Shown: positions 12,134 through 23,003 of the stretch, piece by piece | Layout: every line of letters begins with the position of its first letter | How positions within the stretch are numbered: the stretch's first letter is position 1 | Assembly: GCF_022539665.2 (NCBI RefSeq) | Contig: NC_081334.1 | Span: 558,001-622,000, forward strand | Direction of reading: 5' to 3' | DNA from: Daphnia carinata | Lineage: Eukaryota | Length of the DNA: 64,000 nt | The notes under the pieces: generated by a model | Databases searched by the model: none | What the model was told of the DNA's origin: nothing | Seen by the model: only the letters and a program-made list of their open reading frames with translations | Position numbers and translations under genes: made by a program

Positions 12134-12381
12134 AATGCATTCCGCATGGCGCGCAGGCCACACGCGACTGTTCATCCTTGAGAAGGCCAATAAGCCCTTG
12201 CCCGTGCAGTCTGTACACCATCCGGCGACTTTAATTTAAATTTGCTCATAGTCCGCCTTGGCTCGGCTCTCCCGCCACTCGCTTCCCCGTCAATGGGGGG
12301 TGGGATGGCCTGCGTGAGCAAGCAGGCCACCATTTGGGCAATTTACACTCAAGAACGCATTGCAGACCAGGCAAAGCCTGG
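12134..12381 (-). ncRNA. Candidate lariat-capping (GIR1/LC) group I-like ribozyme, copy 1
   Basis: Hand-folded on the minus strand. P10 AAUGC(12361-57)/GCAUU(12138-34); G12356.U12174 wobble; P15 UUCUUGAG(12355-48)/CUCAAGGA(12182-75); P3 UUGCCC(12341-36)/GGGCAA(12203-198); P7 C-A-GACUG(12213-07)/CAGUCG(12170-65); P9 8-bp stem 12164-12143 directly followed by omega-G 12142 and trinucleotide AAU. Confidence 0.8.
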
Positions 12382-12562
12382 GTTGGGCATGCTGCAGCCA
12401 GTCTCACCTGAAGCGCACAGGTTCGTCTTGAGACTAGCCCCATGCCGCAGCATTAATGCTGCAGCCTAGGCCCATACCTTGGGGAAAAAAAATAGTTTTT
12501 TAATAATTTATCATGGGAATTTAGTCTATTTAAAAAGTACGGCTAATACTTCCCGTAAGATG

Positions 12563-12773
12563 GGCGGCAATCGCGCTTCTTCCCGCTTGATGTCTTCGGA
12601 AATCGCCACCGAAGCACTAGATGGCGGTATCGGCGGCAATCGTGCTTCTTCCCGCTTGATGTCTTCGGATATCGCCGCTACGGCACTAGATGGGGGTATC
12701 GGCGGCAACCGTGCTTCTTCCCGCTTGATGTCTTCGACTATCGCCGTCACAGCACTAGATGGGGGTATCGGCG
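12563..12773. repeat. 69-bp tandem repeat x3, each unit with a CACTAGATGG(C/G)G CTCF-like motif, copy 1
   Basis: Units start at 12563, 12632 and 12701, with a partial fourth at 12770. Confidence 0.9.
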
Positions 12774-12929
12774 ACTTCGGTCCTCCTAATATAGTAAAAG
12801 CAGTCGTGTAGTTACGATAACATCTTGGAAACTCCGTTTTTTGGCCACCAGGTGGCACCCTTCTAGTGAACTACATATTTGTCTGCTATTGTTTTCTGCT
12901 CATTTTCAATACATTATCAAGTATATTTT

Positions 12930-15325
12930 AGTTGCTTCAGTTATTGTAAATAATAAGTAGAAAGCGAATTAGCATAAGGCAACAAGCTTGCGATCTGTTA
13001 GTCTGTTAATGAAAGAAGTGAAATCGAAATTGTTTAACGAAAGAGTACCAATTTCATCCAAGGTAGACAGACCCGGTAGCTCTTGTTGAAACGTTAATGA
13101 AAAGCCATAATTATAATATTTTAATTTGATCGGGTTGTAGGCAACTAACTAACTGTGAACTGGTTGCAACTGAAAATGGTATCTGGAACCAGTTCGATAC
13201 GATTACAGGAAACATAATTTCCATGGACCTTTCTGTCAGGGTAGGTTGGGCAATTTGCAGAATCTGCCAATGCATACAGCAAATATAATAGAAAGCTGGA
13301 TGTGGTTAATTAATCGTTTGTTATCCAATACTAATAATTTGTTTTATTGGCAGGACATAGCATGAACATTTATCATTGTTTTTAATTAAAACAGCTTATG
13401 TGGCCCACGTCGAAAAATGGTTTTCTGTGCTGCTTCCTAGTTCCTAGAAACAAATTTTACCTCTATAACAATGGAGGCCCACTTATCACTGTTCACGTAG
13501 AAAACGAATATGGTACGTGCGTATCTATTCATTTACCTTTCCAGAATTATATAACATAGTTTTACGGGTAGCAGGTGTGTAGTCTCTGTCGGCATGCGAC
13601 AGAGACTACTCTTCTTACTGTATTTAGTGTTGTGCTCTTCTTTACTGACAGAGATGGAGATGGTTATCTCCAGTGTGAAAAAATGCCTGGAGTTTATGCA
13701 ACTGTAGATTTTGGTGCTAGTATGTTTTGACGTACTGATTAGTTTTCCATTGTCCACGCTATTGATTTCTATATATTATTCAAAGGCGGAAATGCAGGAG
13801 AAGCTTTTAAGTCACAACGTCATTTTGAAGTTAGTACCCCTAGATTGAATTTTGAGTTCTACGCAGAATGGTTAGATTTGTGAGAGAATTCAGTCGAAAT
13901 TTTACGATCAAGATGTCGCTAAAACGCTGGACGATATGCTTGCGCTGAATGCATCATTTTCAATGTCCATGTCTCACGGAGGAACTTCGTTTGGACTTAC
14001 CTCAGGTATAGATAAATTTATGCACTTTCATAAATTCGAGAATCTTAATGGGCGTTTACTAAAGGTGCATTGCCACCCAATACTTACAAACCTTGCATCA
14101 CGTCGTATGACTGTAATGCCCCGTTAAACGAAGCAGGAGATCCAAAGGAAAAATATTTTAGCAAAGGGATGTAATCTCCAAGGTGCTTTCGAAAACTAAC
14201 CGTGCAAAATGTGATTGAAACTAACTGTTTCCTGTTTATTACAGTACTTTCCTTTACCGTATTTTCCGTCTCCTGTTCCGATTCCCAAGGCAGCCTATGG
14301 ATTTGTCCATTTGCATTACGTAACAAATCTGTGGGATTTATTGACAACTCCAACCGCCGGTCCTTTTGTGCATTCTGTTTGTCCGTTTACGTTTGAAGCT
14401 TTAGGACAAACTAACGGCTACGTTTTATACTACACAAAGTTGCACGGCCATTTTTCTGATCCAGCTCTTTTGGAAATGAAGGGCTTAGCCGATCGGGCTT
14501 ATATCTATATTGACATGGTAAAGACAAAATAAAAATGTGTTTTTATTTTCATTTTTCCTTTTAGTTATTGTTCAGGATGTCGGAATTTGTCGCATTGTTA
14601 TCTCGAAGCGGATCGCTCTTTTCAATTCCAGTCCTAGCCGCTGACAACCAGAAACATTGCATGTTGGAAGAAAATTAAGGAAGAATTGCCTACGGCTGCG
14701 GAATAAAAGATTCCAAGGTTAGAGTCTTCCTTTGTCTTCCGTGAATAAATGACAGATTCTTAATATCAACATCGGTCATTTTGAAAAGAGACTAACAAGC
14801 CAAGTGACAATAATGGCCAAATCGTGGTGGGCTGGACTCATCACCCTTTTTCTTTTAACGAGGCGACCAGATTGGATTGGCTGAACAAGCATGAAAAAAA
14901 GGCTTTCTGAGCCAAAGAAAGGTTGCCTTTGTTCAGGGAATCGTTTGCTGTTCGACATAGCGAACCCGACATAGCTGATACTTATTCGTAATTTATTAGG
15001 ATGGCACAATGCTGGTTGAAATGGGCTGGTAGGTTTAAAAAAAACTTCTTTTAAAACACTTAAAAATCTATAGGGCGTCGCATCGTGAACGGCGTTATCT
15101 TGATCGTTACTGGCCTGTCCAAGGCCCCTAAGTAACTTTCTATGCTCCAAAATACTTTCTACGAGCTTGACGTCGAAGAATCGTCTGATTATCCTAGAAC
15201 AGGATCGCCCACCTTGTAATGAAAATGCTCTAGACTGCATAGTCGAATTTGTCTCAAATCCAGTTTTAGATGGCGACACGCCCGCCAAGAAAAGCTCTAT
15301 CAAGCTTTTTAAGAAGCGCGTTTAA
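12930..15325 (+). pseudogene. Beta-galactosidase pseudogene, 5'-truncated, copy 1
   Basis: Homologous to 1361-3769. Exons 1-4 are missing; 7-bp duplication TTCCTAG at 13434-13447; TGG>TGA at 13881; CAA>TAA at 14676; exon deletion near 13610. Confidence 0.93.
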
Positions 15326-18300
15326 AAAGAAAACACTTTCGTCGGTCAAAGTCATTGCCGAAGTTAACGTTCCGTTTTGGGCATTTACTAGTTCAACCAG
15401 AAATTCATTGCTGCCCTGGATTGGCAAAGCCTAAGGTTTGTTATACTAAAAGAACATGCAAACGATAATTTATTATGTAAACAAAAATTTGTTTATTAAA
15501 GAAAATGAAAAAACATAACACTATAACATTCTTGGGTCGTGCTGTTCCGGGATTTATCCCATATTGTAAACATTTAATGATGTTTAAACGTGAAAAATGC
15601 AATGTACAGTTGGAAATTTCACTGCCATATGCCTGGTTGTTTTCAAACCGGTTTTTAATTTTCGACGAATAATACTGATTGAAGTAGGAGATCCAGGAAA
15701 TCCAATCAAGTTTGACCTTTGGAAAAAAAAAACAAAAAATAAATTAATTAATTAATAAAAAAAAAAGTGGATAACGCCACTCGGTAGGTTATGATTTACG
15801 GTCGTGATTACCCATGTTCGAGTCCCATTAAACGATACAATCTTCTCCTTGTTACCTTATGCATTTTCCTTGTCCCAGCTTCTTTTAAATGGCCAGCAAT
15901 GATTTTATCGCGATTCATCCCTTTTTTTTCTCTTTTTCATTTCGTTTTTTTTTTTTTGTAGAAATATTTTTTGAGCAGGTGTTTGATTCAAAAGAAGAAG
16001 GCGGAAAGAATAGAAAGACCCTGAGGACACAATGTTATGACTTTCCCTTGGAATGTTTATCCAAAACCCGCTCCAGAAAGACATAAGATAGAAACGGTGT
16101 TGACCTTGTCGAAAGTTTCTCCCTCCACCGAACGTATCCATTAAGCCCCTCCGCCCTGTTCACTGGAAACCGACAGGGAGCCTTTTTTTTTTTAAATTTA
16201 TTTATTTTAAGTTTATCTTTGCCTACAAAATGAAAGGATTTGAAAAGTTCTTTTTACTGAATCGTTAACGGTCAAGATGTCAGCATGATTTGAGATGCAT
16301 TGGTGCAACAAAGCCAACAAATCCTAAAAAAAAAAGAGATGACTAATAACAAAAAGAGGTAATGACCAAATTTCATGAGAATGCGTTACATTGTGCTCTA
16401 TTCTTTATAGGAAACCGAGCCTTACGCAATAACATTTGGGGCCTAAACCAACAATGAATGGGACGCGACAGGTGGCGCATATCTTCTTACGTACCAACAA
16501 CTGAAGACCTTCCGTCGCAGAATAACCAAACAAAACAACACGCGTAATAACCACAGTATTTTTATTCACGAGATTCTGGTACTAAACGGTCTTATCTTTG
16601 CAAAAGGAATCCCTTTCGAGTTGAATCATTCAATGCGAAAGTACAGCCAACATCGCTCTCTCCCGCAGGGCTCTCTGTATGCGAGTTTTTTTTTCTTTTC
16701 TCTCGCACCTGACTGTCCGTTGCTGCCTTCAAGAACCTTGCTCAAGCCAACCGACTTCTACCTACGTGCAGTCAGTCAGTCGGTGCCGCTGCAACGCTCC
16801 AGTCGCATTCTTACGGACCGCGCTGCGCAGGTGTCTTTTGGAGTGGCCCCCCTCTCTCTCTCTCTCTCTCTTCTTGCTTCATTGTCGTTGAAACATCTAC
16901 TTCTCTTGACTGGATTCAAGACAACGGATGACATAACGCAATAATTAAGGATTATTTTTCGCCGTTCGAAACAGGTGAGATGATTTCAATTCGATTTGTC
17001 TTGTATATTCGATTAGATAAGACATTCCTTTGTGCGTGCGGGAAAGAAATTCTTGGCCCAGGCACAACGCACTAGACGAGTGAGGTATTCACTTTCTATT
17101 CTTCCTAAAGCGGATGAATCAAGCTCGTTCTTCTTTCACCTCTTTGGTGCGATTCAAAAAAAAAAAAAAAAAGTAGGAGACAGAAACAGCAGGCAACACT
17201 TTCTCTCTTCCAATTTTTTTTTTTTTTTTACGTGTGGTTCTCTTCGCAACGAATTTTATTGGCCGGAGAGAGCAAAAAAAAGAAAAGGAAACGATTGAGG
17301 TGAAGGTTTGGGTTGTATCCAGCAGAGCAACTTTCCCCGGGTATTACTTTTTTTTTGGGGTTCGCCTGTGTGTGTGTCTGTGTGTACAGAGATTTGAACG
17401 CTCCAACTTGTTGGCACCATCGTGATAACCAAATGGCAAAGTTAGAACCTTCTTTTCATGCTCTGCTAAAACTATTTTTCTAATGCTTCGATCGTTAAGT
17501 TATTAAACTCAGGAGAAATGAGAAAAGTGATGCATTTTTTTTTTGTTTTATGGACGGCCAGTAAGAGCCTTACGGGCCTACGGGGAAATTGCCTGGAAGG
17601 GCGGAAGCCATCTTCCCTATCTTTCTTTTATGTGGTCCCCCCAACTTATTTTTTTTTTATTTGTCTTCCTTTTTCATGTACTCGGTGTGTTAAGCGTCCA
17701 GTTACGTGAAGCGACGCCTCAGGCAGTGTTAAATAATATTTTATCCCCCAAGCCGCACGCTTGCTCCCGATTCCCCACCATTGAAAAAGAAAAAAAAACC
17801 CGCATTATCTCATGCTGATTGCCTTTCGAAATTTGAGAACGAATAATTGCTGCTCTGTAAAATCTCCATAGACTCTTTATCAAAGGCTAAAGGTGTTGTG
17901 ATTCTTTGACAGGTTGATGTCATAGTGGTGTGTCACCAGCAAATGAAAAGGTTCCTTTGTTTTCTTTCTTTTTCCTTCTTTACCTTGAGGCTTATGATGT
18001 TTGTTGTGCGTGAGAGGTGCGGCTGTTGCGTCTAGCTCCAACCGGATGATGATGATAACTCTTGGCTCGACTGTTGAAGGACAGGGCGGGGCATCGGTGA
18101 TGACGCCTACGCCAAGTCGCGAAAATTTAGGGCGGAGGTGATGACAGTGTTTTTTTTTTCGTGTTCGCTATGATACGTCATTGTTAATTGAGTGAATTTT
18201 TGCAGTGTCAGCCGCATTGCTCATATCTCAAGTATGGCTTTAAAAGGATCAAGGTATTTTTATGTCGACATTTCACTTCTGGATTTTTCGATTAAAGTCT

Positions 18301-18367
18301 GACCGTCCGACATTGAGTGATTTTGGTTTTTCTGCAAAACAAGAAGAAAGAAAAGCGAAAGGAACTT

Positions 18368-21300
18368 GATGCGACCATTTTTAGTGGGTACAGGGACAGG
18401 GAATTGGGATATTGTATTTTCTTCTCTCCAGCTGGCAAAGTATTGCTTAAAGATCGTGGGTTCTCCGCCGTCCACGACGCGGTTAACCTGAAGTCACTTT
18501 GTTTCAAATAAATTCTTTGATTTCTAATTGGCAGATTTTTCACCTTAGTCCAAATTGGATAACCCTTTTCGGTCAAGAACCTTTGAGCCACGTTCATCGC
18601 TTCAAGTTTCTCAGCTTTAGTACACCCTCGGCCGATCCAAACAAAGAGTCCCGATCCTCCAGTATCGAGAATAAAGCAATCCTATTAGAGAAGAAAAAAT
18701 TTTCTCGATAAAACAATTCTTCTTTATCATTTAGGAGTTACTGTGCGAAAATGTGGATGCAATTTTGCATAAAACAGAACTTTACCGAATTTTCGCTTTC
18801 ATCGTTCTTCCGAAATCAAACACTAAATTGTTGGCGTGTTAATGAAAGCAAAAAGCGTAACCAAAAAAATCAGGCGGTTAATGCGTTTCGCGTGAGAAGC
18901 TAATTTCATGTGAAGTGAAAGTGTAAGTAGACAAGGCAAAAAATTATATTCAACACATAATATGGGAAAAGTGACTGATAACTAACCTCTCTTTTCAACA
19001 TAGATTACTGCAATGGTTTTTGCTTAATTTCCTCAATCACTAGTTGACCGCTAGCATCGCTCACGCGGAACAATATCGCTGACGACTAGAATATTAAACA
19101 AGGATTACGAGGGATTTGCCTCGGTGTATCAATACTAATTGAATGCCTGCCTGTTGTTGCTGTTCAAATAAGATATCATCATCCTCGTTAGACCCTTCCG
19201 GACCATCCATCGGCGAACCACTACCTAACTGTTTGAAAAACGTGGTAATATCACCCGCGCTACTAAATTCATCTGCATTAGACAAATATGGTTATTAAAA
19301 TTGTGATTTTGAATCTGTACGCAAAGGCAACGGACCGAGAATAACAATCCTGGCTTTGCCAGCATGGTCCTGGTCACGGACTTGATTGGCAGCTTGAATA
19401 GCCTTCAAGCGTTCTACCTTTTTGCTGCCATTGCCCATGTACACGTAAACGACCTTTCCAGCGTCCAAAACGAAGCAGTCACCTTTGTTCATTGAGGACA
19501 CATCAAGGGGAACCTGCAGGAATTTCGATTCATTTCCTGTTTGAATATTCAACGGATACTGCCAGTGCAAAGTTTACCTGTCGGACGCGAACGTTTCGTT
19601 TGCCTTTCACTTGCAAAAGTTTCTTCTCCACTTGATCGGGATCAACGTGCTTAAAACCGCTGGTAACTCCGCCGTCAAGGTATCGTACACCTTCATCGTG
19701 ATATTTTAACGAATTATTACATTTCACAGCACTTTAAAAGGAAAAAGATCAGCAGTCAGTTACCCCCAGGGAAATTTGCCAGAAACATCGACGATTCATA
19801 TTCGTGAACTTCTCGATGTTGAACAGGAACTCCACCAAGATGATCGTCTAACTCAACAGCGAAAATTGCCGCTGCACCCATTTCATCATACATTCAATCA
19901 CATTTTAACGCTTCAGTTGAAACGATCAGACAGTGACAGATCGAGATGGTATTGCTAACGCTGAAAGAGGTTTATTGCTATAAATAATACCGATTATCTT
20001 TCTATCAAAGGGAACCAGTGGCAGATCCCGCGGATTTTCAAAAACAAACCTGAGAAGTGTCTTTCCCGAGCCAAAAGTGAATGTCACGTTTCAGTTTGTT
20101 ACCGGACAGGCGGGTCTATAAGAATAATTATCATTAATATTATTTCCTGGAAACGCTGTGCTTCCAAAAATACTCACGCTCAGAACAATGTAAGAATCTC
20201 CACTGTAGAATTTCCCATACGACTTTTTGTCGTATGGAACTGGTGCGAAATTCTGTAAAGACATGTGGATCGAAATTAGAAATTTCAACATATACTTGTC
20301 ACGTTGATCACCAAATGTATATTAACATTGTTCTAATAAGTATTTCCATTACGAAAGTAGCGGGACTACGCTTTTTAGATACCTCGGCCAAGTCGAGTGC
20401 TTCAGTATTACAAACGAATTTGGTACTGTACAATTGATTTGGTAACAGTTTTGCCGTTAGAAGAATCTCTTTTTGTGCTACTATAAGTTAGTTGGTTAGC
20501 ATAATAAGAAAAACGCAGTTGGTGCAATACTTCAACTTTTTAAAATCACCTTTGTGGTTTATGACCGACATTTTCCGAGAGGAAAAATGTATACATCGCC
20601 TTGGCTGATTTTTGTGACTTCATCGATGTAACCGTTTTTTTAGCAACGTGATTTCGCTGAAATGCTTCAAAAGTAGTTTATTTGCTCCAGTTGATCTGGT
20701 CGGGTGCTTCCAGCATGAGTCAACAACTGTCTGGAAATTATTCAGACGATGCAGAAATATCAATGGCGTTTATGCTTCACGGCCAAAACTTGCATCATCC
20801 TGATACCGTGCTCTAAAACATTCAGTTGGGAATGAAGAAATCGGATGCATCGTGTGGTGACTCTTTACCAATTGATCTTCCTTCTCCTGCCAGGGGCTAC
20901 GCGACAAAGAACTTACAGCTACTTACCTGCGACCATGTACAGGAAAGAACCGTTCGTCGATAGTAGTGCCATCGGAAAAAGAATAACCTCCTGCGAGATG
21001 GGGTTTTGCTTAATGTTAACCAAGTTATCGTTTGGTACTCCCAGTTGCCAGTTTCTAAAACAGCCGTATAATCGTTAGTGAATGTAACAGCTTGACGACA
21101 ACGGCATTGCGTCCTTGTTTCGAAAAACATGCATCAGTTGTGCATGATGCCCTATTCGCAAAGCGTGTGAGGGTTAAACAAGTCTGCCGTGGCCATCTAC
21201 CACTGTCTCAAGGTGTGCCAGACTTGCGCTCACTGTACCGTAACCTGTACACCTGTGTGCTCAACAGCCCATGTTTCCTTTTTAAACAGAATCGCTGCGG

Positions 21301-21831
21301 GTCATTTTTGAATTCATAAATTCAAGTTTGTGCGAATATGATGGGATAACGTTAGAAAATAATAACAGTAGCATTCCGATAATTTAGCAGGGGAATCGTT
21401 TAAATGGCAATGAACGTTTTTCCAATGATGATAGGCACGTACATTTTTCAAACGTTTTTCCACTGAAATGTTATTGCTAGAAAGAGTAGCTAATCGTGTA
21501 ACGTTTTTTACAGCACGTTCACTTTTGAAACTTTTTCAGTTTCGCGCCAGTACGAACGTTTCTCTAAAATTATGAATTTTCTTCAGTTAGTGACTGTGTT
21601 TGTGTACGCGGTCATTGGAAACCTGAATCTGATAATGCAAAGGCGTGATATGAAAGCACCGCAAATTTTACGTATTTCCATGTCAACAATTGATGTCCCT
21701 GTTTGTTATTTCTAGGTTTAATTTTAAAATTTCTTTGAAGTCAGGGCTTGTTTTGCTATTCCTACCTTAATCCGCCAAATTTCCAGGCCAGGTTGTTTAC
21801 CCACATCAGCACCAAATGATGATTCCGGCAT
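18368..21831 (-). pseudogene. Truncated gelsolin (domains G1-G3 only), probably a pseudogene
   Basis: Exons 1-10 are present and the gene is cut at the duplication junction in the G3-G4 linker. The exon-4 acceptor is AG>AT (19888 vs 8417). The frame runs on to a stop at 18260. Confidence 0.8.
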
Positions 21832-23003
21832 TTTAAATGCGTTTAATAGAGTAGTTTTAAATTGCTTGAACGTTAACGTTGGCTAATAAATCGTGTTCGA
21901 ATGGGACCTGCCTCGATAGAAACTGAAAAGCGTTAAGTGGTAACGACGTACGTAAGCCACGCAGGTGCCAAATTAGGAATGAGCGAATTCAAGTACGGAA
22001 TGAGATATGAGCTAAGGTTTCTAACTGAATGCCACCTGCTGAGGATGAAAAGCTAAAAAGCTTATCACCTTCGAGAGGTCAAGATTTTACCACTTCGTCC
22101 ACATTCCGAACAAACTAAGCAAACATATACGATAATATACTAACAGAAAAATCATAAAAATAATGCTGACATTGTTATCTTGTTGCCGTAGCGATGGCTT
22201 AGCGATAATTCCCCGGGTTTGGACTTTTTGATAGTGCGATAAGGCACTGCCCCTTTAAAAATTCCAGCAGTTGGGGAGACATATATATAAAGAGTTTTAA
22301 AATTTGAAATTGAACCTCTCGTCTTAGAAACAGAACAATATAGTGCTTAAAAATGACGACTGTCAAACCTCCGCAAAAAATTGTTTTATTCCTGGTCGCT
22401 TGATAAGATTGATAAGAGATATTGCAACGTAAGTATAAAAATGTTCTGTCCCGACCACTGCCAGCAAACAAGGTTTGGTAATTTTTTCATAACATATGTG
22501 AATAAATAATGAATATTGCTTTTCTTATTAACAGCGGAACCTTTAGTTGCAACTATACTCCACCTCCAACTGTTGGTTCCGGAGCAATGAGTCCGGTCAT
22601 GCATACTTTTACGGAGAATTGTTATCCTGACGATGCCAGTAATCAAAGAGTAGTAATTTTTTTAGGTTACCTGTATCATTACTGAAAATTGCTTTTGTTT
22701 GTTAACAATGGACCCTGCATACACATAACCAATGGTTTACCACCATTACCTCTACAGAACTGTATGAAAAGATAAGACAATTTTGGTAGGTGGTTTAACG
22801 CAGTGCATTTTCAGACTACAGCCAAAGTGTGATACACACAAACAACATTCATACACACACACACACACGTCATTCACAATAAGAATTTTGACTAGCTCAT
22901 TCATACCAAAGGTACACACATTTGCACATACACATTCATACAGACATGCACACAATTTTGGGAATGCACGCTTCTACTAATTTAGGGTAATCAAAGGGGA
23001 AAT

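Larger units (their letters stand above)
10317..12929 (-). mobile_element. Foreign 2.6-kb cassette (repeats + LC ribozyme + orphan ORF) replacing the promoter and beta-gal exons 1-4, copy 1; class unknown
   Basis: Homology to the intact locus stops at 10316 (=99) and resumes at 12930 (=1361). No transposase, RT, TIR or TSD recognised. Confidence 0.6.
6897..18367. repeat. Tandem segmental duplication unit A (~11.5 kb)
   Basis: Colinear with 18368-30134; identical ORFs recur at an offset of +11611 (e.g. 11393 and 23004). Confidence 0.95.

Noticed and set aside
12134..12381. Ordinary self-splicing group I intron, or hammerhead/HDV/twister ribozyme
   Set aside because: No P1 or host exon is visible and P15 plus omegaG-NNU-P10 fits the LC type. 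No CUGANGA/GAAA, HDV or twister core was found.
12432..12470. Helitron 3' end on the minus strand (hairpin followed by CTAG|T)
   Set aside because: The CTAG lies inside a longer stem that pairs across it, it is not at a cassette boundary, and no matching A|TC 5' end was found.
12563..12773. CRISPR-like array
   Set aside because: Contiguous repeats with no unique spacers, eukaryotic context and no cas genes.
12526..12858. 110-aa repeat ORFs on both strands
   Set aside because: Non-ATG starts; openness follows from a GC-rich 69-bp repeat.
12843..12867. Helitron 3' end on the plus strand (GCCACC-A-GGTGGC...CTAG|T)
   Set aside because: The hairpin is very short, lies 60 bp inside the boundary and is better explained as a CTCF-like motif.
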